A DNA stretch of 58,823 nt from an uncultured Piscirickettsiaceae bacterium (GTDB taxonomy: Bacteria > Pseudomonadota > Gammaproteobacteria > GCF-002020875). This document shows positions 45,152-52,675 of this stretch, piece after piece. Position 1 is the first letter of the stretch; each line of letters starts with the position of its first letter. The DNA lies in the NCBI GenBank assembly GCA_964654355.1, contig CAZZIQ010000001.1:1-58823 (forward strand), written 5' to 3'. The notes under the pieces are model-generated. The model was not told where the DNA came from and ran no database searches. It worked only from the letters and a program-made list of their open reading frames with translations. A program made the translations under genes and the position numbers.

Positions 45152-45892
45152 ATGATGAATCACTCAACTTTGCTGCTGGGCGTGAATTTGGATCATGTCG
45201 CAACGCTGCGACAGGCGCGTCGTACACCTTATCCAGATATGCGCGATGCGGTGCGTATTGCTGAGGCCAATGGTGCGGACTCGATTACTTTGCATTTGCG
45301 CGAAGACCGCCGCCATATTCAGGATGACGATGTGTTTGGTCTGCACGGCTTGCTGAAAACGCGGATGAATCTGGAAATGGCGGTCACCGATGAGATGCTG
45401 ACGATCGCTGCGCGGCTACAGCCGGCGGATTGTTGCCTCGTGCCCGAGCGTCGTGAAGAGCTGACCACCGAGGGTGGGCTGGATGTAGCGGGTAACATGA
45501 GCCGTTTACGCGATGCCTGCGCCCAATTGTCTGCGGCAGGCATTCGCGTTTCCCCCTTTATTGATCCTGATCCGAAACAGATTGAAGCGGTTGTGGAGGC
45601 GGGTGCGCCGGTGTGTGAGCTGCATACCGGGCGTTATGCCGATGCGCAGACTCAGGCCGAGGCGGATGCTGAGTTTGCGCGCATTGAAGCGGCAGCCAAG
45701 CTTGGCGCGGAATTGGGCCTGCAAGTGAATGCTGGCCACGGCCTGCATTACGAAAACGTTGCGCGGGTTGCTGCGATTCCACAATTGGTTGAGCTCAACA
45801 TCGGGCATGCGATTGTCGCGCGCGCACTGTTTGTTGGGCTGGCAGAAGCTGTGCGTGAGATGAAACAAGCGATGTTGGATGCGCGAGCGTAG
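45152..45892 (+). CDS. pdxJ: Pyridoxine 5'-phosphate synthase
   Basis: [27 protein letters not shown] and ELHTG motifs. Confidence 0.95.
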   Translation: MMNHSTLLLGVNLDHVATLRQARRTPYPDMRDAVRIAEANGADSITLHLREDRRHIQDDDVFGLHGLLKTRMNLEMAVTDEMLTIAARLQPADCCLVPERREELTTEGGLDVAGNMSRLRDACAQLSAAGIRVSPFIDPDPKQIEAVVEAGAPVCELHTGRYADAQTQAEADAEFARIEAAAKLGAELGLQVNAGHGLHYENVARVAAIPQLVELNIGHAIVARALFVGLAEAVREMKQAMLDARA

Positions 45893-45897
45893 GCCGC

Positions 45898-46335
45898 ATG
45901 ATTGTTGGCATCGGTACAGATTTGGTTGAGGTGGTGCGGATGCAAGAGGCATTGTCGCGTCATGGTGAACGCCTCGCGACACGCATCCTGACCGCTGAAG
46001 AGTTGGATGAATTTCATCGCAGTGCCGCACAAGATCGATTCTTGTCGAAGCGCTTTGCGGCAAAAGAAGCCGCTGCGAAGGCCTTGGGCACCGGGTTTGC
46101 GGAAGGCCTTGGTTGGCACGATATCGCGGTGACGCATAATGCTTTGGGTCGGCCCGAGTTGCGATTCCAAGGCGCGGGACTGCGTTTGCTGCAGAAGCTT
46201 GGCGCCAACCGGAGTCATCTCACGATTGCAGATGAGCGTGGGCATGCCGTTGCCTTTGTGGTGCTAGAGCAAGAACCCGTTGCTGCGGCAACGATGATGC
46301 TGCGCTCAGCCCAAGCTGCGCAAGAACAACAATAA
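45898..46335 (+). CDS. acpS: Holo-[acyl-carrier-protein] synthase
   Basis: IVGIGTDLVEV...FAAKEAAAKALG. It has a C-terminal extension of ~20 aa compared with the ~126 aa I remember for E. coli AcpS. Confidence 0.88.
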   Translation: MIVGIGTDLVEVVRMQEALSRHGERLATRILTAEELDEFHRSAAQDRFLSKRFAAKEAAAKALGTGFAEGLGWHDIAVTHNALGRPELRFQGAGLRLLQKLGANRSHLTIADERGHAVAFVVLEQEPVAAATMMLRSAQAAQEQQ

Positions 46336-46388
46336 ACAATAAGTTGATCACCACAGTACATAGACCCCCCCGTTGCATGGAGCACACA

Positions 46389-47306
46389 ATGGGACGCGCC
46401 CAATCTGACGTACATCCTCAATTTTTGACCATCGAGCAAACTGTCGGTAATACACCGCTGGTGCGGCTGCAGCGTTTAAGCGAAGGCTGCAAGGCGACGG
46501 TGTTGCTGAAACTCGAAGGCAACAACCCCGCCGGTTCGGTGAAAGATCGCCCTGCATTGAACATGATTGCCAAAGCTGAAGCGCGCGGTGAGATCCAGCC
46601 GGGCGACACCTTGATTGAAGCGACCAGCGGCAATACCGGTATCGCGCTGGCCATGGCCGCGGCCATGAAGGGCTATCGCATGGTGTTGGTGATGCCGGAG
46701 CATATGAGTGCGGAGCGGCGTGCGGTGATGCGTGCCTACGGTGCTGAGCTGGTGCTCACCCCGAAAGACGCGAGCATGGAAGGCGCGATTGATTGTGCCC
46801 GGGAAATGGAAGCGGCGGGCCAAGGCCGCATCCTCGATCAATTCTCCAATCCGGATAACCCGTTGGCGCATTACGAGTCCACGGGCCCGGAGATCTGGCG
46901 CGACACGGCCGGGCAGGTCACCCATTTTGTCTCCTCCATGGGCACCACTGGCACCATCATGGGGACTTCAATGTATCTGAAAGAGGTTGCGCCGCAGGTC
47001 GAAATTGTCGGCGTGCAGCCGCAAGAGGGTGCGGCCATTCCTGGGATTCGGCGTTGGCCGCAGGAATATTTGCCCAAGATTTATGACCCGAAGCGGATCG
47101 ACCGGATTGTTGATGTAGGGCAGCAGGACGCGGAAGACACCATGCGCGCCTTGGCTGCGCGTGAAGGGATTTTCTGTGGGGTTTCCTCGGGGGGTGCGGC
47201 TGCGGTGGCACTGCAATTGGCGCGTGAGGTTGAGGGCGTGATTGTGGCAATTGCCTGCGATCGTGGCGATCGCTACCTTTCGACCGGGGTGTTCCCGGAC
47301 CGCTAG
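46389..47306 (+). CDS. cysM: Cysteine synthase B (O-acetylserine sulfhydrylase B)
   Basis: It aligns almost end-to-end with E. coli CysM as I remember it (IEQTVGNTPLV, LEGNNPAGSVKDR, EATSGNTGIALA, SSMGTTGT, IPGIRRWP, ICDRGDRYLSTGVF). GGAG lies 6 nt upstream of the ATG at 46389. Confidence 0.92.
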   Translation: MGRAQSDVHPQFLTIEQTVGNTPLVRLQRLSEGCKATVLLKLEGNNPAGSVKDRPALNMIAKAEARGEIQPGDTLIEATSGNTGIALAMAAAMKGYRMVLVMPEHMSAERRAVMRAYGAELVLTPKDASMEGAIDCAREMEAAGQGRILDQFSNPDNPLAHYESTGPEIWRDTAGQVTHFVSSMGTTGTIMGTSMYLKEVAPQVEIVGVQPQEGAAIPGIRRWPQEYLPKIYDPKRIDRIVDVGQQDAEDTMRALAAREGIFCGVSSGGAAAVALQLAREVEGVIVAIACDRGDRYLSTGVFPDR

Positions 47307-47434
47307 CCAGCGTTGTGTGCCTCAAGGCATAAGCAGGTTTTATTGAAAATCGGCCCTTCGTAAACATGTACGAAATCTGTTTATGACCATTTATTAAACA
47401 GTATGTTATGAATTATTATTCATGTTGAGTGGAG

Positions 47435-48220
47435 ATGGTTTTGGCGACGAATACACTGGTTTTTGACATCGAGACCGTTCCAGATGCCGCGTTTGGCGCG
47501 CGTTATTTCGAGCTTGATGGGCTCAGCCCGGAGGACGCCGTTAAGGCAATGGCGCATCTGCGCCAGCAGCAAAGCGGATCGGACTTCCAGAAGCTGCCAT
47601 TTCATCAGGTGGTCGCGATATCCGCGGTTTGGCGTGGGCGCGGAGATGAGATCAAGGTCCTTTCCTTCGGCACGCCCGAGTCCGATGAGGCGGAGTTGAT
47701 CCGGCAATTTTTCGGTGCCATCGACAAGTACAGCCCAACCTTGGTGTCGTGGAACGGTAGTGGCTTTGATCTACCGGTCTTGCATTACCGCGCCATGAAG
47801 CACGGCATCGAGGCGCCGCGCTATTGGGAAACTGGCGCCAACGACCAGAGCTTTCGCTGGAATAACTACATCAGTCGCTACCACGAGCGGCACACCGACC
47901 TGATGGACTTGTTGGCGCTGTATAACCTTCGTGCTGCGGCCCGCTTAGACGAAGTTGCCAGCCTGTTGGGCTTTCCGGGCAAGCTGGGCATGGATGGATC
48001 GAAGGTCTGGGATGCATGGCTCGCGGGCGAAATCGTCGGAATACGCGATTATTGTGAGACCGACGTGCTCAATACATGGCTGGTATACCTCGCATTTGAG
48101 CGCTTCCGGGGCAATTTGCAGGGCAGCGAACTCGAGAAAGAGCATCAAATCTTGCGTGATTTGTTGAAGAGCGCGGATAAGCCGCATTTGCAGGAATTCC
48201 TCAGCGCGTGGCCGGCATAG
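47435..48220 (+). CDS. Predicted 3'-5' exonuclease (PolB exonuclease-domain-like, RNase H fold)
   Basis: LVFDIETVPD (ExoI-like DxE), SWNGSGFDLPVL (ExoII-like) and YCETDVLNT (ExoIII-like). A GAGTGGAG Shine-Dalgarno precedes the ATG at 47435. The tracked GTG is at 47429. Confidence 0.65.
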   Translation: MVLATNTLVFDIETVPDAAFGARYFELDGLSPEDAVKAMAHLRQQQSGSDFQKLPFHQVVAISAVWRGRGDEIKVLSFGTPESDEAELIRQFFGAIDKYSPTLVSWNGSGFDLPVLHYRAMKHGIEAPRYWETGANDQSFRWNNYISRYHERHTDLMDLLALYNLRAAARLDEVASLLGFPGKLGMDGSKVWDAWLAGEIVGIRDYCETDVLNTWLVYLAFERFRGNLQGSELEKEHQILRDLLKSADKPHLQEFLSAWPA

Positions 48221-48309
48221 GTCGAGCCTGTTACTATCCCGACTGAATTAGTCAACAAAAGCCCATCGATTGATAGGGCTTTTGCCTCTACCGGTGACCG
48301 TCGCCGGCC

Positions 48310-48729
48310 ATGCAAGGAATCCCTATGACCTCGGTTGCCCAGCATATCAACATCGAAAATCTCTCCGATCAGGACCGTAATCGTCTTGGTGAGATCGTGC
48401 TGGATCAGATGGAAGACTGGGGGTTGAGTAAAGACCATCAGCTGGCGTTGCTTGGTCTTGAGGGTAAATCACGCTCGCTCAGTCGCTATCGCCATGGGCA
48501 TCCTTTGCCGGATGATCCGGATGTGTTGGAGCGCGTGCGTCATTTGCTTGGGATTGGCGAGGCGCTGCGCGGCTATTTTCCGCTGAACCACAAAGGCGGC
48601 AGCGTCTGGCTGCGTAACACCAACAAGTATTTTCTCAAGAAGCCGCCACTGCGCATGATGTTGGAGGATGGCCTCATCGGCATGCACCGTGTCTGGGTCA
48701 ATCTTGACTGCACCCAAGGCTGGGATTGA
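48310..48729 (+). CDS. Hypothetical protein, possibly Xre/MbcA/ParS-type antitoxin-like (DUF2384-like C-terminus)
   Basis: 139 aa. The C-terminal ...WLRNTNKYFLKKPPLRMMLEDGLIGMHRVWVNLD resembles the 'P..L....G...V...L' end of DUF2384 domains. This is from memory only. The alternative ATG at 48325 has a better SD (GGAA). Confidence 0.35.
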   Translation: MQGIPMTSVAQHINIENLSDQDRNRLGEIVLDQMEDWGLSKDHQLALLGLEGKSRSLSRYRHGHPLPDDPDVLERVRHLLGIGEALRGYFPLNHKGGSVWLRNTNKYFLKKPPLRMMLEDGLIGMHRVWVNLDCTQGWD

Positions 48730-48797
48730 TCGTCCCGGGTTTCTGCGCTCGAGATTGATGCAACACGACCGCGTCTGAGCCGTTACACTGCGCCGCC

Positions 48798-50123
48798 ATG
48801 TCGCGACGCAAACCCATTCCTACCGAACCCCTTGATCTTGAAATTCTGCGCCTGAGCCCAGAAGGGCGTGGTGTGGCGCGCACCGAAGAGGGCAAGGCCA
48901 TCTTTGTGTCCGGTGCATTACCTGGTGAGCACGTGCGCGCGCGGATTGTGAAGCGCCATCGTCGCCATGATGAAGCCCGTGTGGTGGATGTTTTGCAGGC
49001 CTCGCCCGACCGTGTGGAGCCTACATGTGCGGCGTTTTCCTTTTGTGGTGGTTGCAGCTTGCAGCATCTCGATCACGCCCAACAAATCGCAAGTAAACAA
49101 GCTGCATTGCTTGAGCAGCTTGAGCGTATTGGCGCAGTCAAACCGAAGCAGGTGTTGCCGCCGGTCATGGGGCTGCAACTCGGCTATCGCCGTACAGCAC
49201 GGATTGGTGTGAAACATGTCGATAAGCGTAGCGAGGTCTTGGTTGGTTTTCGTGAGAAGCACTCCAGCTATATCGTCGACATGCAGGCGTGCCCGGTGTT
49301 GGTGCCGCAAGTCGGCGAACAGATTGCGGCCTTGCGCACCTTGATCGCGGGCCTGGAAGCCAAGTCACGCATTGCGCAGATTCAGGTGGCTGCAGGGGAT
49401 AACGCGACGGTCTTGGTCTTGCGCAACTTGGACCCGTTGAGCGATTCCGATCAGCGCGCACTGGCCGAATTTGGGCAGGCGCAGGGCCTAAAGATTTGGC
49501 TGCAGCCCGGTAATGAGACCACTATTGCGCCGCTCACTGAGCACGATCGGGTTGCGTTGAGCTATGCCTTGCCTGCCTTTGATTTGCGTATGCAATTCTT
49601 GCCAACGGATTTTGTGCAGGTGAACGCATCCGTGAACCAGCAAATGATTCAGCAAGCCTTGGATCTGCTTGCACCACAAGCCGGCGAGCGTGTCTTGGAT
49701 CTATTCTGTGGCTTGGGCAATTTCACCTTGCCGTTGGCGCGCAGCGGTGCACGCGTCACAGGAGTGGAGGGGGATGCGGGCTTGGTTGAGCGCGCGCGCT
49801 TGAATGCCGAAGCAAATGGATTGGAAGCCGACTTTTATGTTGCCAATCTGTTTGATCAAGATCTTGAAGCGCCTTGGATGCGCGACCACTGGGATGCCTT
49901 GTTGCTCGACCCGCCACGTAGTGGTGCGGAGCAAATCGTGCGTCAAATTCATCGCTTGAATCCACAGCGCATCGTCTATGTTTCTTGTGACCCTTCCACG
50001 CTCGCGCGCGATGCAGGAATCCTCAAGGAGCAGGGCTATCGTTTAGTGGAAGCCGGCATTCTCGATATGTTTCCGCATACCACGCACGTCGAGTCTATGG
50101 CGCGATTCGTGCGTATTCGCTAA
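48798..50123 (+). CDS. rlmD: 23S rRNA (uracil1939-C5)-methyltransferase RlmD (RumA)
   Basis: N-terminal TRAM-like domain, Fe-S Cys cluster (CAAFSFCGGCSLQH...C), SAM motif VLDLFCGLGNFTLPLA, and the catalytic-Cys region VYVSCDPSTLARD. Confidence 0.9.
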   Translation: MSRRKPIPTEPLDLEILRLSPEGRGVARTEEGKAIFVSGALPGEHVRARIVKRHRRHDEARVVDVLQASPDRVEPTCAAFSFCGGCSLQHLDHAQQIASKQAALLEQLERIGAVKPKQVLPPVMGLQLGYRRTARIGVKHVDKRSEVLVGFREKHSSYIVDMQACPVLVPQVGEQIAALRTLIAGLEAKSRIAQIQVAAGDNATVLVLRNLDPLSDSDQRALAEFGQAQGLKIWLQPGNETTIAPLTEHDRVALSYALPAFDLRMQFLPTDFVQVNASVNQQMIQQALDLLAPQAGERVLDLFCGLGNFTLPLARSGARVTGVEGDAGLVERARLNAEANGLEADFYVANLFDQDLEAPWMRDHWDALLLDPPRSGAEQIVRQIHRLNPQRIVYVSCDPSTLARDAGILKEQGYRLVEAGILDMFPHTTHVESMARFVRIR

Positions 50124-50127
50124 TTCC

Positions 50128-50478
50128 GTGACCGAATTCACGCCCGAAGAAGAGCGCTTTCAATGGCTGCATGAAATGCAGGTTTTGATCGGGATCGGCT
50201 TTGCCGAAGAACAGGCCGTGAGCCTGATTTGTTCGCGCAAGGGCCTTCCGCAGGATCCATCGTTTACGAAATCTTTGTTGATCGAATACGCTCGGGCACG
50301 CGTGCAACAGCGCCACATGCCGAGACTTTCTGCCTGGGCAATTCCTTCGATTGTTGCGAAGTATCCCCTCAGTGAGGACGCTGCGATTGAGCAACGTCGC
50401 GCCGAAATCTTGCAGGCCTGTGAGGGCGTCACAAAGCCCGCCGGTCTAAAACCACGCACGCCACCGCGGATTGTGTGA
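50128..50478 (+). CDS. Hypothetical protein (GC-rich, co-oriented with rlmD)
   Basis: 116 aa with a GTG start 4 nt after the rlmD stop. Its composition resembles the core genome rather than the downstream island. I recognise no motifs. Confidence 0.45.
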   Translation: MTEFTPEEERFQWLHEMQVLIGIGFAEEQAVSLICSRKGLPQDPSFTKSLLIEYARARVQQRHMPRLSAWAIPSIVAKYPLSEDAAIEQRRAEILQACEGVTKPAGLKPRTPPRIV

Positions 50479-50519
50479 TTCAAGCAAACGCGCAAATACT
50501 TCTACAAAAAAATAAATAC

Positions 50520-50548
50520 TTGACAGATATCTTGATGATAATGAAGAT
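50520..50548 (+). promoter_or_regulatory. Weak candidate sigma-70 promoter for the island operon
   Basis: A perfect -35 TTGACA (50520-50525), 17 nt, then GAAGAT (50543-50548; 3 of 6 matches to TATAAT, including A2 and T6). The -10 ends 9 nt before the first ATG (50558), so the mRNA would be nearly leaderless. Confidence 0.25.
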
Positions 50549-50557
50549 TGTAACCAA

Positions 50558-50977
50558 ATGTTGTTGTCGGTGATTACAAGGTTCTATCTGGAAATCATTC
50601 TTGCTGTTTGTGCGTCATTCTTTCTTATTTTTTCTGTCTCTGTAGCGACTGCTGCAGAAGAAACACTGTTTGAGAGCAGTAGCTCTATTGGAATACAAGT
50701 CATGACAAAGATCAGTCGGTCTGATGCGATAGACCAAGTTGAGGCGAATTCAATGCTCCTGGCGGGCCGTCTCCTGAGTCAATACATCAAAAGAAGGTCT
50801 TCTGATCTATGTCCTGACAGAGCAATCGTATCCGTTAACACGCAAGGACTTTCAGTGAGAGTCATCAATAATCAAATAAGTCCTGACTTCGAGGGCAATG
50901 TTCGCCATCGATATGAAATTTCCATAGATAAGGCCGATCTTGATGCATTAGCGATCAAGAATTGTGGTTTTTTCTGA
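50558..50977 (+). CDS. Island gene 1: small exported or membrane-anchored protein, unknown function
   Basis: 139 aa. The N-terminal hydrophobic segment ends in VATA|AEE. The mature part has an amphipathic helix (SRSDAIDQVEANSMLLAGRLLSQYIK) followed by beta-like segments, and two Cys residues (DLCPD, KNCGFF). Confidence 0.7.
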   Translation: MLLSVITRFYLEIILAVCASFFLIFSVSVATAAEETLFESSSSIGIQVMTKISRSDAIDQVEANSMLLAGRLLSQYIKRRSSDLCPDRAIVSVNTQGLSVRVINNQISPDFEGNVRHRYEISIDKADLDALAIKNCGFF

Positions 50978-51019
50978 CCTCAAATCCCATTTATAAATTA
51001 AAACGATGAGGATGCTCTC

Positions 51020-52657
51020 ATGAATCCAAGCCCACTCAAGATAGCAATCGTAGGCGCCATTTTTGGCTTTGGCATACCAAACGCTTCATTAGCCGCCGTT
51101 TCTGCAAGCGCTGAAGCTTCTGTGGCGGTTAGTCAGGCGCAGACATTGCAACCAAGATTCATACCATCTAAGACTGCTTTTGAGCAGGCTAAAGCCTTTG
51201 TTAAAGAGCAGGGTGTAAAGCAGGGATGGGATACAGATCGAGAAATGTATGTGCAGATCGGTACAGCGTATTTTGACAATGAAGACCCTGCCTATGACAG
51301 CACTTTTGTCACAAAGCGCTCATTGGCTTCAATGCAAGCTACGCTCGAAGCGAAAGCGAAAATTATAGAATTTATCAACACCAAAATGAGTGCGATCGAT
51401 CAGGTGACGACGCCAGGTACCGATCTCTCTGCAAGATTCAATAAAGACATTAGGATGCTTGAAGGGAAGCTCAACAAGCAAAGAGAAATTCTTGCCAAGT
51501 TGATGGCAGAGGTCGATGCCAAAGAAGCGGATAAGCTGTCTGGCGTGACAATCGGTGATCGTATGAAGGCGTTAATGGATGCGAGCATCAAGAAGCTAGA
51601 CCAAACCTATAGTGCAAAAAATATTTCTGAAGAAAAAAGAGAAGAGTTCGAGAGAGCAAAGAAGAAATATGATGAGGCGATTGCCGGCTATGAAGACCTG
51701 AAGGCCAAGCTAGAAGAGACCAAGGGAAGTATCCGTAAGGAATCCTCTTCAACGGTTGAAACGATTTCACAAATGCCACTTTTTGGCGCTACAACTGTGG
51801 CTCAGTTCGAATCTTTCGACAAAAAGAAAGAAAGCTATAACGTCTCTGTGGTTGTAATGTGGGGAAAGAAGACAGAGCGCGTCGCCCGGGCTTTGTTGCA
51901 AGGCGAAGACTTCCCTGTTCCTCCCGGTGACCAGTCGATTGAAGATTGGGTTGACTCCAATAATTGGTCGACATCGACCGGTGGTCGTCAATTCCGAGAC
52001 AAAGACGGAACTTTCCACTTTGTAGGCATTGCCGCTGCAGATGCAGGTGAGACGGCAATGGATCGAGAAGATGCTATGGGCGTTGCAGAACAGATGGCGA
52101 AGAAAGAAGTTGCCATGTCTCTGTTCGCGGACGTGATGTCTCATAAGAAGGCGCAAGAGGCAATGCAGGTTCGTTCCGGTGGAAATGGAAAAGACACCGT
52201 ACAAGCTGGACAAAGTTTTGCCAAAACCGTGCAGCAATCGATTGAGGATCGTCAGATACAAGGTCTTCAGCAGCGTTTTGGTGGGTTTGTTGAGCACCCC
52301 ATTTCGGGTAAAGAAATCTACGTTGCTATCTATTCCTTGGACAACAAATCGGCAAAAGCCGCCATATGGGCAGAAGAGCGCAACTACTTGACTTCAATTC
52401 TTGATGAGAAGGCTCAGCAGAAAGCCAAAGGCCGTACCGATGGTTACAAGGATGCAGTAGAGGCAGCGAAGAAAGATCAGACTGAATACAACAACGCGCG
52501 AGCTGCTTCGTCATCAGACTTAAAAACAAAAGCAGCTTCGTCGGCGACATCACAAGAAGTCGTTTCTGAGCAGGTAGATACTGGTACGGATGCACCTCGC
52601 CGCTCACGCTCAGGTGTCTTCTCTGGGGCAGGTCAATCTGGCGGTTTGAATTGGTAA
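51020..52657 (+). CDS. Island gene 2: secreted protein with two LPP20-like modules and a long coiled-coil insertion
   Basis: 545 aa. GAGGA lies 7 nt upstream of the ATG. Signal peptide KIAIVGAIFGFGIPNASLA|AV. A K/E-rich heptad-like region spans ~aa 135-240. The C-terminal module is FVGIAAADAGETAMDREDAMGVAEQMAKKEVAMSLFADV...EIYVAIYSL. Confidence 0.8.
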   Translation: MNPSPLKIAIVGAIFGFGIPNASLAAVSASAEASVAVSQAQTLQPRFIPSKTAFEQAKAFVKEQGVKQGWDTDREMYVQIGTAYFDNEDPAYDSTFVTKRSLASMQATLEAKAKIIEFINTKMSAIDQVTTPGTDLSARFNKDIRMLEGKLNKQREILAKLMAEVDAKEADKLSGVTIGDRMKALMDASIKKLDQTYSAKNISEEKREEFERAKKKYDEAIAGYEDLKAKLEETKGSIRKESSSTVETISQMPLFGATTVAQFESFDKKKESYNVSVVVMWGKKTERVARALLQGEDFPVPPGDQSIEDWVDSNNWSTSTGGRQFRDKDGTFHFVGIAAADAGETAMDREDAMGVAEQMAKKEVAMSLFADVMSHKKAQEAMQVRSGGNGKDTVQAGQSFAKTVQQSIEDRQIQGLQQRFGGFVEHPISGKEIYVAIYSLDNKSAKAAIWAEERNYLTSILDEKAQQKAKGRTDGYKDAVEAAKKDQTEYNNARAASSSDLKTKAASSATSQEVVSEQVDTGTDAPRRSRSGVFSGAGQSGGLNW

Positions 52658-52675
52658 ATGACCGAAGGAAAAAAC

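Noticed and set aside
48310-50123. A toxin-antitoxin pair formed by the DUF2384-like ORF and the following gene.
   Set aside because: The following gene is a full-length RlmD methyltransferase (TRAM domain, Fe-S Cys cluster, SAM motif), not a RES or other toxin.
50537-50542. GATAAT hexamer near the perfect TTGACA at 50520-50525, considered as the island promoter -10.
   Set aside because: The spacer is only 11 nt, which is incompatible with sigma-70 geometry. The weaker GAAGAT at 17-nt spacing is reported instead, at low confidence.
50936-52657. C-terminal aromatic residues of gene 1 (...NCGFF) and gene 2 (...GGLNW), considered as outer-membrane beta-barrel signals.
   Set aside because: The preceding residues do not show the alternating hydrophobic pattern of a terminal beta-strand. 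The proteins look helical or alpha/beta, not barrel-like.
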